This document shows positions 9,121 through 17,981 of a stretch of DNA of 61,018 nucleotides, piece after piece. The first letter of the stretch is position 1; every line of letters begins with the position of its first letter. The stretch spans positions 1 through 61,018 of the forward strand of contig JBDLJJ010000002.1 of assembly GCA_039714435.1 (NCBI GenBank), written 5' to 3'. Both the position numbers and the translations under genes were made by a program. The DNA comes from Gemmatimonadota bacterium (GTDB taxonomy: Bacteria > Gemmatimonadota > Gemmatimonadetes > Palauibacterales > Palauibacteraceae). Below the pieces are notes generated by a model that was not told the origin of the DNA, did not search any database, and saw nothing but the letters and a program-made list of their open reading frames with translations.

Positions 9121-9921
9121 GTGCTCAGAGCCAAGCGTTCGTTGAGCCAGAATTTTCTCATGGATCCCAACCTGCGCCGCAAGCTTGTCGCGGAGTTGGG
9201 GATCGAGCCAGGTGATTCAGTACTGGAGGTGGGTCCGGGACACGGCGAGCTGACCGAGCTTCTGATCGAGCAGGCAGCGCACGTGTGCCTCGTCGAGAAG
9301 GATGATCGACTGGTGGATGTCCTGCGCTCACGCTGGGAGGCGGATCCACGGGTGACGATCGAGCGGGGTGACGCCCTGCGCACGGACCTGAACGCTCTGA
9401 TGGGCCAGCACCACCCCTTCCGGCTGATCTCTAACGTACCGTACTCCATCACCTCGCCGCTCCTGTTCCGATTTCTCGAGCTGAGCCCGGTTCCGCGCAG
9501 AATCGTGGTACTGGTTCAGAAGGAAGTGGCGGAGAGAATCGTCGCCGCGCCGGGAAGCCGCGCCTATGGAGCACTGAGCATCGGGGTGCAATCGAGGGGC
9601 CGGGCGCGTCTGGCGTTCGGGGTTGGCCGGCAGGCCTTTCGTCCCGTGCCTCGAGTGGATTCGGCGGCTGTGGTCCTGGATCCGGATTCCACTGGTCAGA
9701 GCCAGGAAGACGCGGAAGCGCTTCGTCGGCTGACGAGGACAGCCTTTGGCCGGCGCCGGAAGCAGATGCAGAAGATTCTCCGAACGGCACCGGAGTACCT
9801 TCTGTCGGCGGCGGAAAGCAGCGCAGTTCTGTTGAGTCTGGGTCTCGACCCGGGCAGCCGCCCCGAGGAACTCAGCCCGGACGATTTTCGCCGCCTGGCG
9901 GCCCTTCTGGAGGGTAAATAG
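9121..9921 (+). CDS. rsmA: 16S rRNA (adenine1518/1519-N6)-dimethyltransferase RsmA/KsgA
   Basis: 266 aa with SQNFL at the N-terminus, VLEVGPGHGELT (SAM motif) and NVPYSITSP. GTG start preceded by AGGTAGGAG. Confidence 0.93.
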   Translation: MLRAKRSLSQNFLMDPNLRRKLVAELGIEPGDSVLEVGPGHGELTELLIEQAAHVCLVEKDDRLVDVLRSRWEADPRVTIERGDALRTDLNALMGQHHPFRLISNVPYSITSPLLFRFLELSPVPRRIVVLVQKEVAERIVAAPGSRAYGALSIGVQSRGRARLAFGVGRQAFRPVPRVDSAAVVLDPDSTGQSQEDAEALRRLTRTAFGRRRKQMQKILRTAPEYLLSAAESSAVLLSLGLDPGSRPEELSPDDFRRLAALLEGK

Positions 9922-9926
9922 TCCGG

Positions 9927-9955
9927 TTGAGAACCCGGCCCTGCCCGGATATCTT
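9927..9955 (+). promoter_or_regulatory. Candidate sigma70-type promoter of rex (TTGAGA-17 nt-TATCTT)
   Basis: Hexamers at 9927-9932 and 9950-9955 with a 17-nt spacer, in the 62-nt rsmA-rex gap. By-eye match only. Confidence 0.4.
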
Positions 9956-9956
9956 C

Positions 9957-9974
9957 TTGTGAAGCCTTTCACAA
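9957..9974. promoter_or_regulatory. Rex operator (ROP box)
   Basis: Perfect 18-bp palindrome TTGTGAAGCCTTTCACAA matching the recalled Rex consensus TTGTGAA-N4-TTCACAA. It sits 1 nt after the candidate -10 and 10 nt upstream of the rex ATG. Confidence 0.8.
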
Positions 9975-9983
9975 GCCGGATCA

Positions 9984-10628
9984 ATGACCACACGACGAAT
10001 CTCAGAATCTACTGTTCGCCGGCTGTCCCGATATCTCAGGCTGCTCCGTGATCTGACGGCGCAGCAGGAAGAGGTCGTGTCCAGCCAGGAGTTGGCGGAG
10101 CGCAGCGGTACGACCGCGGCTCAGGTACGGAAGGATCTCAGCGTGTTCGGATCCTTCGGCCAACGCGGGCGTGGATATTCGGTGCGGCAACTCGAGCGCA
10201 CCCTGGAGCAGATCCTGGGGCTCGAGAAGCGCTGGCGAGTGGCGCTTGTAGGGGCCGGAAAGATAGGCACGGCGCTTCTCGGATATGGTGATTTGGCAGA
10301 GCGCGGCTTCGACGTAGTGGCTGCTTTTGACACAGACGCGAGTAAGATCGGAAGCGACCTGTCCGGGGTCAGAGTGTTTTCAATGGCAGACCTGAACGAA
10401 GTCGTTTCGGACCGAGGGGTCGAGGTAGCGATAATCGCCACCCCGCCGGAAGCGGCTCAGAACACTGTGCGCCTCCTCGAGCAAGCCGGTGTCCGTGGTA
10501 TCCTCAATTTCGCGCCGGTGGGTCTCACAGTGAACGAGGACGTGTCCGTGCGCACAATGGATGTCGCGTTGGAGCTCGAAGCGCTCAGTTTCGCCCTTTC
10601 GTCGCGGACCAATGGGGGACGGTCCTGA
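9984..10628 (+). CDS. rex: Redox-sensing transcriptional repressor Rex
   Basis: 214 aa. N-terminal winged helix (RRLSRYLRLL...SSQELAE...AAQVRKDLSVFGSFG) and Rossmann motif ALVGAGKIGTAL. Confidence 0.93.
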   Translation: MTTRRISESTVRRLSRYLRLLRDLTAQQEEVVSSQELAERSGTTAAQVRKDLSVFGSFGQRGRGYSVRQLERTLEQILGLEKRWRVALVGAGKIGTALLGYGDLAERGFDVVAAFDTDASKIGSDLSGVRVFSMADLNEVVSDRGVEVAIIATPPEAAQNTVRLLEQAGVRGILNFAPVGLTVNEDVSVRTMDVALELEALSFALSSRTNGGRS

Positions 10629-11878
10629 TGGCCCCAGGGCCCGGCGGCGGGACGGCTTCCTCTCTGCGAGTCACCAGCGAGATCGGCCGCCTTCGCAGGG
10701 TCATATGTCACGCGCCCGGTCCGGAGCTGGCGCGCGTAGCGCCCAGTAACCGGCACGAGTACCTGTTCGACGATCTACTCGATCTTCAGCTGGCACGGCG
10801 CGAGCACGAGGCCTTCGTAAATATCCTGCGCCGCTTCGCCCACGTGTATGAGACGGCTGATCTACTGCTTGATGTTCTGGATATTCCCGAGGGTCGCGAC
10901 TACATTACGGCTCGCTGTGGATCTGAGATCCAAGCCCGCTCGGCGAACGCCAGTTCGGAGGAATTGGCCTGCCTTTTGATCGAAGGCGAAGAGACGGGCG
11001 TGGGCGCTCTGGCCACGCTCGTGAACGAGCCCTCCTACTCACTCCCGCCACAGCCCAACCTGTTCTTCACGCGCGACTCGGCGGCAGTCGTGGGGAGCCA
11101 TGTCATGATCTCGGCCATGCGGCACGAGGTGCGCTGGACCGAGATGGTGCTCATGCGGGCGATTTTCTCATTCCATCCCGAACTATCCAGCGCCGGGATC
11201 GTGTTCGACGGTGCCAGCGAAAGACGGCTGAACACGCGTATCGAGGGCGGGGATGTTCACATACTTCGGGAGGATCTGCTCCTGGTCGGCTTGTCTGAGC
11301 GCACGAGCGCGGCTGGAATCGACGCGCTGGCGGCGTCAGTATTCAAGCAGGGCGGTGTGCGGGATATCGTCATCGTGCTTATGCCCCCGCACAGATCTTC
11401 TATCCACCTGGACATGATCGTGACCATGGTAGGCCCGGGCCAATGTTGTGTCTTTCCGCCCTTCTTCATAGGCCCTACGCAGCTGCCCGTGCTCCATCAG
11501 AGCCGGGGTGCGGACTCCGTGACCCAACCGGCGGATCTGTTCAGTGTCCTGCGGAAGTTGTCGTTCCCGCTGGCGCCCATCTTCTGCGGTGGGGAGTCCC
11601 GCACGATGCAGGAGCGGGAGCAGTGGGGGAGCGGTTGTAACTTCTTTTCCGTCGGGCCGGGTCAGGTGCTCTCCTACGGACGCAATGAGCACACACTGGC
11701 GGCGCTGGCCCGAGAGGGCGGGTTTCGTATCATTCCCGGAGATGAATTCCTTGCCGGCACGGCCGAGTCAGCCGCAGATGAGAGCTTCGCGATCACGTTC
11801 GACGGAGGTGAACTCGTGCGGGGCGGGGGAGGCCCTCGCTGTATGACGCTGCCGGTGGAACGAGACGAGTGGGCTTGA
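10628..11878 (+). CDS. arcA: Arginine deiminase (amidinotransferase fold)
   Basis: 416 aa. N-terminus SEIGRLRRVICHAPGPEL...EYLFDDLL and the C-terminal catalytic-Cys motif GGGGPRCMTLPVERD. The ATG overlaps the rex stop (TGATG). Confidence 0.85.
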   Translation: MAPGPGGGTASSLRVTSEIGRLRRVICHAPGPELARVAPSNRHEYLFDDLLDLQLARREHEAFVNILRRFAHVYETADLLLDVLDIPEGRDYITARCGSEIQARSANASSEELACLLIEGEETGVGALATLVNEPSYSLPPQPNLFFTRDSAAVVGSHVMISAMRHEVRWTEMVLMRAIFSFHPELSSAGIVFDGASERRLNTRIEGGDVHILREDLLLVGLSERTSAAGIDALAASVFKQGGVRDIVIVLMPPHRSSIHLDMIVTMVGPGQCCVFPPFFIGPTQLPVLHQSRGADSVTQPADLFSVLRKLSFPLAPIFCGGESRTMQEREQWGSGCNFFSVGPGQVLSYGRNEHTLAALAREGGFRIIPGDEFLAGTAESAADESFAITFDGGELVRGGGGPRCMTLPVERDEWA

Positions 11879-12735
11879 CGCAGCTCGGCCTGGGGTTCGA
11901 GTCGGGCTCTTCCCTCGTCGAGCGGGCCCTGGAAGCGATCGAGTCGGGTCCGCGATCTACGCTGTCCCTGGCGCGTGACGTTCTGGGCGTGCGTCAGGCG
12001 CCGCCCGGTCTGGCCGCGAGGCTCGTGTTCGATCTACTGGGCTCCGACAAGCGCGTCTCGGTAGACAGCGCAGGCGTGTGGCGCCGGGCCACAACCGCGC
12101 ACGCCGACTCACCTCTCGCCGGAGCGGCTTTGTCCTGCCTCGAATTCGCGGTCGTTGACGTGGAGACGACCGGTGGGACTCCCTCGCGTGGCGACCGAGT
12201 GATCGAATTCGCGGCCGTCCAGGTTCGTGGGGGGAAGGTCGTGGGTGAGTTCTCCACTCTGGTGAACCCAGGCCGGATGCTGTCCCCGTTCATTTCCCGG
12301 CTCACCGGAATCACCGCGGACATGCTGGCCACGGCGCCCACGTTCGGCGACATCGCCGACCAGGTGCGCGGCTGTCTGGAGGGGAGGGTATTCGTAGCCC
12401 ACAACGCGGGGTTCGACTGGCGCTTCGTAGCGGAGGAAATGCGGCGGGCCAGCGCTTTGCTTCCCGTCGGCCCCCGGCTCTGCACCGTGCGTCTCACCCG
12501 CCGGGCCGTGCCGGGACTGCGCCGCCGGGGCCTGGACTCTGTAACCGACTACTTGGGGATCCCGGTCCGGGGCCGGCATCGAGCTGGCGGAGACGCACTC
12601 GCCACGGCCCAGGTCCTCATTCGGTTGCTGGAAGAGGCCAGTAGGTCGGAAGTGGAAACGTGGGAACAGCTTCAGCTGTGGCTGGCCGGGCGGCCAGCCG
12701 GCAGGCGCGAGCCCGAAGTGAAGGGGGACCAGTGA
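11869..12735 (+). CDS. DEDDh 3'-5' exonuclease (DnaQ/epsilon-like) with ~95-aa N-terminal extension
   Basis: 288 aa with Exo I FAVVDVETTGG, Exo II VAHNAGFDWRF and Exo III HRAGGDALATA. GTG start overlapping the arcA end. Confidence 0.8.
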   Translation: MGLTQLGLGFESGSSLVERALEAIESGPRSTLSLARDVLGVRQAPPGLAARLVFDLLGSDKRVSVDSAGVWRRATTAHADSPLAGAALSCLEFAVVDVETTGGTPSRGDRVIEFAAVQVRGGKVVGEFSTLVNPGRMLSPFISRLTGITADMLATAPTFGDIADQVRGCLEGRVFVAHNAGFDWRFVAEEMRRASALLPVGPRLCTVRLTRRAVPGLRRRGLDSVTDYLGIPVRGRHRAGGDALATAQVLIRLLEEASRSEVETWEQLQLWLAGRPAGRREPEVKGDQ

Positions 12736-13604
12736 CGGTCCTGACCGGGTCGAAGCTGCGCGTGACGACGATCCAAGCGGGCACGCTCCGGCTGGACGGA
12801 GGAGCCATGTTCGGTGTGGTGCCTAAGCCGCTTTGGAGCCGCCGTACGTCCGCCGACGAGCGCAACCGCATTCCGCTCGCCATGAGGTGTCTACTTGTGG
12901 AGACGGGCGACGCGGTGGTTCTGGTGGACACCGGGCTGGGCAACAAAGAAAACGAGAAATTTCACGGCATCTATGGCATCGAGAACGCCGGAAATCCGAC
13001 CCGGCTGGAAGACTCGCTCCGAGCCGTGGGTGTGGAGCCGGAGGATGTGGACATAGTCCTGAGCACCCACCTTCACTTCGACCATGCCGGGGGGAACACG
13101 CGAAGAGAAGCGGATGGGCGCGTCGTTGCGGCTTTTCCCAACGCCAGATACGTGATCAGGCGGGGCGAGTGGGAATACGCCCAAACCGACAATCCGCGAG
13201 TGCGGGGCAGCTACTTTCCGGCCAATTTCGCTCCTCTCGTCGACTCTGGCCTGGTAGACTTCCTCGACCAGGATGAGGAGATCGTACCCGGAGTCTGGGC
13301 TCACAGGGCGGGAGGTCATACGCCGCATCACCAGATAGTGCGAATCGAACTCGGCGGTGAGACTCTTCTGTATGTGGCGGACCTGATTCCTACCGCCGCT
13401 CACGTACCTCTGGCGTGGATCATGGGGTATGATGTCGAGCCCCTGGTCACGCTGGAAAACAAGAAGAAATGGCTGGCTCGCGCGGCCGCGGAGGGCTGGT
13501 TGCTCGGTTTCGAACACGATCCTCACATCGCCTGGGGGCGGGTGGGGGTTTCTGAAGCAAGTGAAGGATATGTTCTACTGGATGCGGTAGGCGATGACGG
13601 CTAG
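12732..13604 (+). CDS. MBL-fold metallo-hydrolase
   Basis: HLHFDHAGG (HxHxDH motif) plus a downstream GGHTPHH. Start set at GTG 12732, which overlaps the exonuclease stop (GTGA), rather than the ORF-track ATG 12660. Confidence 0.85.
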   Translation: MTVLTGSKLRVTTIQAGTLRLDGGAMFGVVPKPLWSRRTSADERNRIPLAMRCLLVETGDAVVLVDTGLGNKENEKFHGIYGIENAGNPTRLEDSLRAVGVEPEDVDIVLSTHLHFDHAGGNTRREADGRVVAAFPNARYVIRRGEWEYAQTDNPRVRGSYFPANFAPLVDSGLVDFLDQDEEIVPGVWAHRAGGHTPHHQIVRIELGGETLLYVADLIPTAAHVPLAWIMGYDVEPLVTLENKKKWLARAAAEGWLLGFEHDPHIAWGRVGVSEASEGYVLLDAVGDDG

Positions 13605-13636
13605 CCGCAGCCGATAAAGTCAGGAGAAAAGTAACG

Positions 13637-14131
13637 ATGCGAAGAACGATTCTGGCCGCTCTGGCCGTGGTTCTGGGGACAGGAGTCTGGGCCGCACCGG
13701 CCAACGCGCAGTCGGCTCAAGAAGAGGAGGCCAAAGCGGCGGCGATGGAGGTTATCACGGGTTTCTTCGATGCGGTTCTGGCCTCTGACAGCGCTGCGGC
13801 CCGGTCGCTGTTTCACCCGAATACGCAGCTAGCCAGCTCGGGCGCAAACCCGGCGGGAGCGGCGGGCGTGCGCTACACGCCCATCGGACAGCTGTTCGAT
13901 GGTCTGGGCGGATCGACTGCCGGAGACTGGAACGAGGAGATCGGTGACACTGAGCTGAGGGTTTACGACAATCTGGTCACGGCCGCGAACCGCTATGTCT
14001 TCCGCTTCAAGGGTGAGGTTTCGCACTGCGGCGTGAACACGTGGCAGATCGCCAAGATCGGAGACGAATGGAAGGTGGTGGGACTCGTCGACACGAGGCG
14101 CCGGCAGACCTGCGATGGATGGCTGGAATGA
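13637..14131 (+). CDS. Secreted NTF2-like (SnoaL / putative lumazine-binding-like) protein
   Basis: 164 aa. Signal peptide MRRTILAALAVVLGTGVWAAPANA-QS, GGAG 9 nt upstream, and an NTF2-like pattern (FFDAVLASDSAAARSLFHPN...WKVVGL). The family assignment is from memory only. Confidence 0.65.
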   Translation: MRRTILAALAVVLGTGVWAAPANAQSAQEEEAKAAAMEVITGFFDAVLASDSAAARSLFHPNTQLASSGANPAGAAGVRYTPIGQLFDGLGGSTAGDWNEEIGDTELRVYDNLVTAANRYVFRFKGEVSHCGVNTWQIAKIGDEWKVVGLVDTRRRQTCDGWLE

Positions 14132-15339
14132 GCGACGCTGACAGGGCCGCCGTACTAGTAGGGGCGGCGCGAATACCCACAGGGCGGTTTCTCGGGGGCC
14201 TGGCGCCCCTGAGAGCGCCCGAGTTGGGCGCCGTGGCCATTCAGGCCGTGGTCGAGAGGTCGGGAGTGGATCCGGCCGACATCGAAGACGTCATTATGGG
14301 CAATGTCGTCCAGGCCGGGGTGGGCCAGGCGCCCGCCCGGCAGGCCGCGCTTGGAGCGGGGCTGTCTCCCATGATCCCGGCCCTCACGATCAACAAGGTG
14401 TGTGGTTCGGGACTCAAGGCTGTCATGCTGGCGGCCCAGTCGATCAGGGTGGGTGACAACCAGGTCGTGGTAGCGGGCGGCATGGAATCCATGTCCAACG
14501 CGCCGCACCTCCTGCGCGGATACCGCCAGGGGATCAAGTTCGGTGACCGGCCCATCATCGACGGTCTTTTGCACGATGGTCTGTGGTGTTCGTTCGGCGA
14601 ATGTCACATGGGCGGACACGCTGAATACACGGCGCTCAAGGCCGGAATCACGCGAGAGGAGCAGGACGAATTCGCGCTGCGCAGCCACCAGAAGGCGATC
14701 GCGGCCATCGATGCGGGCGACTTCGCGACTGAGATCGTGCCGGTTGAAGTTCCCGGCAGAAAGGGCCCGGTCCTTGTCGACACGGATGAGCCGCCCCGGC
14801 GCGATTCATCGCTGGAGTCGCTGTCCAGGCTCCGGCCCGCCTTCGCCGGCGATGCTCCGCCCGAAGTCACCGAACCATCTGTGACGGCCGGCAACGCGCC
14901 TGGCCTGAACGATGGGGCCGCGGCCACGGTTGTGGCATCGCAGGCGTACGCCGAGGCGCACGGCCTGGAGGTGTTGGCGCGGATCTCGGCCTATTCTGTA
15001 GGGGCTACGGCACCACAGGATCTTTTCTTCGCGCCAATCGCAGCGGTCCGTCAGCTCATGGAAAAAGAAGGCACCACGATCAGTGACTATGGGCTCATCG
15101 AAGTGAACGAAGCGTTCGCGGTGCAGGCCCTGGCAGATGCCAGAGCGCTGGACATGGATCTCGATCGGGTCAATGTTCGTGGCGGCGCGATCGCCCTGGG
15201 CCATCCTCTCGGAGCGACAGGAGCGAAGATTCTTACTACTCTTGTCTTCGCCATGAGGGACCGGCAAGTCGACAAGGGTCTGGTGGCGCTATGCCTGGGC
15301 GGAGGGAACGCGGTAGCCATGAGCGTGGAGCGAACATGA
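14128..15339 (+). CDS. Acetyl-CoA C-acetyltransferase (thiolase II)
   Basis: Active-site blocks INKVCGSGLKAV, NEAFAVQ, GGAIALGHPLGATG and CLGGGNAVA. Start set at ATG 14128, which overlaps the upstream stop (ATGA), not at ORF-track 14041. Confidence 0.93.
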   Translation: MSDADRAAVLVGAARIPTGRFLGGLAPLRAPELGAVAIQAVVERSGVDPADIEDVIMGNVVQAGVGQAPARQAALGAGLSPMIPALTINKVCGSGLKAVMLAAQSIRVGDNQVVVAGGMESMSNAPHLLRGYRQGIKFGDRPIIDGLLHDGLWCSFGECHMGGHAEYTALKAGITREEQDEFALRSHQKAIAAIDAGDFATEIVPVEVPGRKGPVLVDTDEPPRRDSSLESLSRLRPAFAGDAPPEVTEPSVTAGNAPGLNDGAAATVVASQAYAEAHGLEVLARISAYSVGATAPQDLFFAPIAAVRQLMEKEGTTISDYGLIEVNEAFAVQALADARALDMDLDRVNVRGGAIALGHPLGATGAKILTTLVFAMRDRQVDKGLVALCLGGGNAVAMSVERT

Positions 15340-15941
15340 AAACTCACGAGCAGATGGAAGCGGCTGTGGCAGGGCCGGCTTCAGCACATAAGGTGATCAG
15401 CGGAACGTCAGATTCCGAGGTGCTCAGACGCATCGTCGCGGTCTTCCTGTTTGCGGTTCTGACGGCGATCGCGGCTCGGATCGCCGTTCCGATCGCGGCG
15501 CTGCCGGTACCGCTGACCCTGCAGGTGGTGGCGGTGCTCCTGTCGGGGTACCTACTCGGCTCCCGGCTCGGGTTTTCAAGTCAGATCGTCTATCTGACGC
15601 TGGGCGCGGTCGGTTTCCCCGTGTTCGTGGCCGGAGGTGGGGCCGCGTACTTGCTCGGACCGACTGGCGGCTACCTGGCGGCCTTCCCGGTCGCCGCTGC
15701 GCTGGCGGGTCTGGGCCACCGCAGACACTGGCGGCTGCCTGCGCGCCTGGCCATGCTCGCCCTGGCCGTCGCGCTGATTCATGTGATGGGCATCGCATGG
15801 TTGCAGCTCGTGACGGGCACTACGGTTTCGTTCGCTTCCCACGTCGCACCGTTTGTAGTCGGAGACTTCCTCAAGGTGGCATTCGTACTGCTTCTCGGAG
15901 GCGGCCTGCGGGCACCCATTCAGCGGCGCTGGCTCACGTAG
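15336..15941 (+). CDS. bioY: Biotin transporter S-component BioY
   Basis: About 200 aa and multi-TM. BioY-like [34 protein letters not shown] and [14 protein letters not shown] 15336 overlaps the thiolase stop (ATGA). Confidence 0.8.
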   Translation: MKTHEQMEAAVAGPASAHKVISGTSDSEVLRRIVAVFLFAVLTAIAARIAVPIAALPVPLTLQVVAVLLSGYLLGSRLGFSSQIVYLTLGAVGFPVFVAGGGAAYLLGPTGGYLAAFPVAAALAGLGHRRHWRLPARLAMLALAVALIHVMGIAWLQLVTGTTVSFASHVAPFVVGDFLKVAFVLLLGGGLRAPIQRRWLT

Positions 15942-16801
15942 TGACAGCCGAACAGGCTGGCTCGATCGGGGTGATCGGGGCGGGGACCATGGGCAATGGC
16001 ATCGCCCATGTGTTCGCTCAGGCTGGCCTGGAGGTTCATCTCGTGGATGCGGTGGATGCCGCCCTCACAAATGCTGTGCAGACGATCGAGCGCAATCTGG
16101 CGCGCCAGGTGTCAAAGGGCCGAGTCGAAGAGGAGGCCGCCGCCGATACTCTGGCCCGCGTCTCCACTTCCGTCGAGCTGGAATCCGTGTCCGGGGCAGA
16201 TCTGGTCGTGGAGGCGGTTTCGGAGAACGTTGACCTGAAACGGGACATCCTGAGCCGCCTGGACGGGATCTGTGGCTCGCGGGCGGTGCTGGCCTCCAAC
16301 ACGAGCTCGATATCGATTACGGAGTTGGGATCGAGCCTTTCTCATCCCGAAAACTTCATAGGAATGCACTTCATGAATCCGGTGCCGGTGATGACTCTCG
16401 TGGAGGTCATACGCGGCCTGGACACGTCTGACGAGGTGACGTCGTTCACCCTGGACATGTGCAGCCGAATCGGCAAGACCCCAGTGGAAGTCAACGACTC
16501 TCCGGGATTCGTATCGAACCGCATCCTCATGCCGATGATAAACGAAGCCGTGTTCTGTCTGATGGAAGGGGTGGCGGAGCCTGAGGCTATCGACACTGTG
16601 ATGAAGCTGGGGATGAACCATCCCATGGGTCCGCTGGCTTTGGCTGATCTCATCGGCTTGGATACCTGCCTGGCGATCTGCCGCGTGCTTCACCGCGACC
16701 TGGGGGACGACAAGTACCGTCCCTGTCCTTTGCTCGCCAAGTACGTGGCCGCTGGCCGGCTGGGCCGGAAAAGCGGACGCGGGTTTTACGTGTATGCGTA
16801 G
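15941..16801 (+). CDS. hbd: NAD-dependent 3-hydroxybutyryl/3-hydroxyacyl-CoA dehydrogenase
   Basis: [14 protein letters not shown] Rossmann motif, SNTSS, FMNPVP and the C-terminal [14 protein letters not shown] 15941 shares its G with the bioY TAG. About 286 aa, the typical length. Confidence 0.9.
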   Translation: MTAEQAGSIGVIGAGTMGNGIAHVFAQAGLEVHLVDAVDAALTNAVQTIERNLARQVSKGRVEEEAAADTLARVSTSVELESVSGADLVVEAVSENVDLKRDILSRLDGICGSRAVLASNTSSISITELGSSLSHPENFIGMHFMNPVPVMTLVEVIRGLDTSDEVTSFTLDMCSRIGKTPVEVNDSPGFVSNRILMPMINEAVFCLMEGVAEPEAIDTVMKLGMNHPMGPLALADLIGLDTCLAICRVLHRDLGDDKYRPCPLLAKYVAAGRLGRKSGRGFYVYA

Positions 16802-17981
16802 ATCGTACGGCGGTACCAACTTGACAGAAGAGCAGCGCCAGATCTGTGAGTTGGCCCGAACGTACGCGGCTGAGGAGATTCGCCCCGGGATAGAGGCCCG
16901 CGAGGAGAACGAGGACCGGTTTGACCGGACACCCGTCGACGGCCTCGCTGAACTCGGCTTTCTGGGCATGCTCGTGCCTCCGGAGTACGACGGCCTGGGG
17001 TTGGACATGCTGACGTACCTGTACGCGCTGGAGGAAATCGCCTGGGGAGACGCGGCTGTCGCCGTCTCGATGAGCGTTCACAATTCCTTGCCTACCCAGA
17101 TGCTTCTCAAACATGGAACCGAAGAGCAGAAGGACCGTTGGCTACGGCCTCTGGCGCGCGGTGAGATGCTGGGCGCTTTCTCGCTGTCGGAAGCGGGGTC
17201 GGGTAGTGACGCCGCGGCGCTGCAGGCACAGGCCGTGCGTGAGGGCGATAAGTGGAGAATCAACGGGACGAAGCTGTGGGTGACGAACGGAGCCTCAGCC
17301 GATCTTGTTCTGTTGATGGCGAGAACGGATTCGGCGGGCGAACGGCGGGGAGCGAAGGGGATCGGGGCCTTCATAGTGCCGTGTGACACGCCGGGGTTCG
17401 CGCCTGGCAAGAAGGAACGAAAACTGGGTCTACGCGGTTCGGAGACTGTAGCCCTTAACCTGGACGACCTGGTTCTGGGTCCGGAGCATGTGATCGGCGA
17501 GCCCGACCACGGCTTCCACTACGCGCTGGAGGCGCTCGAAGGTGGGCGTCTTGGTATCGCGGCGCAGGCAATCGGAATCGCCGAAGCCGCCCTGGATCAT
17601 TCGCTGGACTATGCGTCGGAGCGTCGCCAGTTCGGTCAGGCCATCCAGAGGTTCCAGGGGATTCAGTTCAAGCTGGCGGATATGGCAGTTCGTCTGGAAG
17701 CGGCCCGGGGGCTACTGTACCGGGCGGCGCAGGCTTACATGACAGATGAGCCGAGGAAGCGTAAGCTCTCCAGTATGGCCAAGTTACACGCATCAGAGAC
17801 AGCGATGAGTGTTACCAGGGATGCGGTGCAGATCTTCGGCGGCTACGGGTACAGCAGAGAGTATCCGGTGGAGAGGTTGTTTCGCGATGCCAAGGTGACC
17901 GAGATTTACGAAGGGACGAGCGAGATCCACCGTATGATTATTGCTCGCGAACTGTATATGGAGAGGGGAACCGACCGTTGA
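16794..17981 (+). CDS. Acyl-CoA dehydrogenase (short/branched-chain type)
   Basis: 395 aa with [35 protein letters not shown] and the catalytic region IYEGTSEI. The start may instead be TTG 16821. Confidence 0.92.
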   Translation: MRRSYGGTNLTEEQRQICELARTYAAEEIRPGIEAREENEDRFDRTPVDGLAELGFLGMLVPPEYDGLGLDMLTYLYALEEIAWGDAAVAVSMSVHNSLPTQMLLKHGTEEQKDRWLRPLARGEMLGAFSLSEAGSGSDAAALQAQAVREGDKWRINGTKLWVTNGASADLVLLMARTDSAGERRGAKGIGAFIVPCDTPGFAPGKKERKLGLRGSETVALNLDDLVLGPEHVIGEPDHGFHYALEALEGGRLGIAAQAIGIAEAALDHSLDYASERRQFGQAIQRFQGIQFKLADMAVRLEAARGLLYRAAQAYMTDEPRKRKLSSMAKLHASETAMSVTRDAVQIFGGYGYSREYPVERLFRDAKVTEIYEGTSEIHRMIIARELYMERGTDR

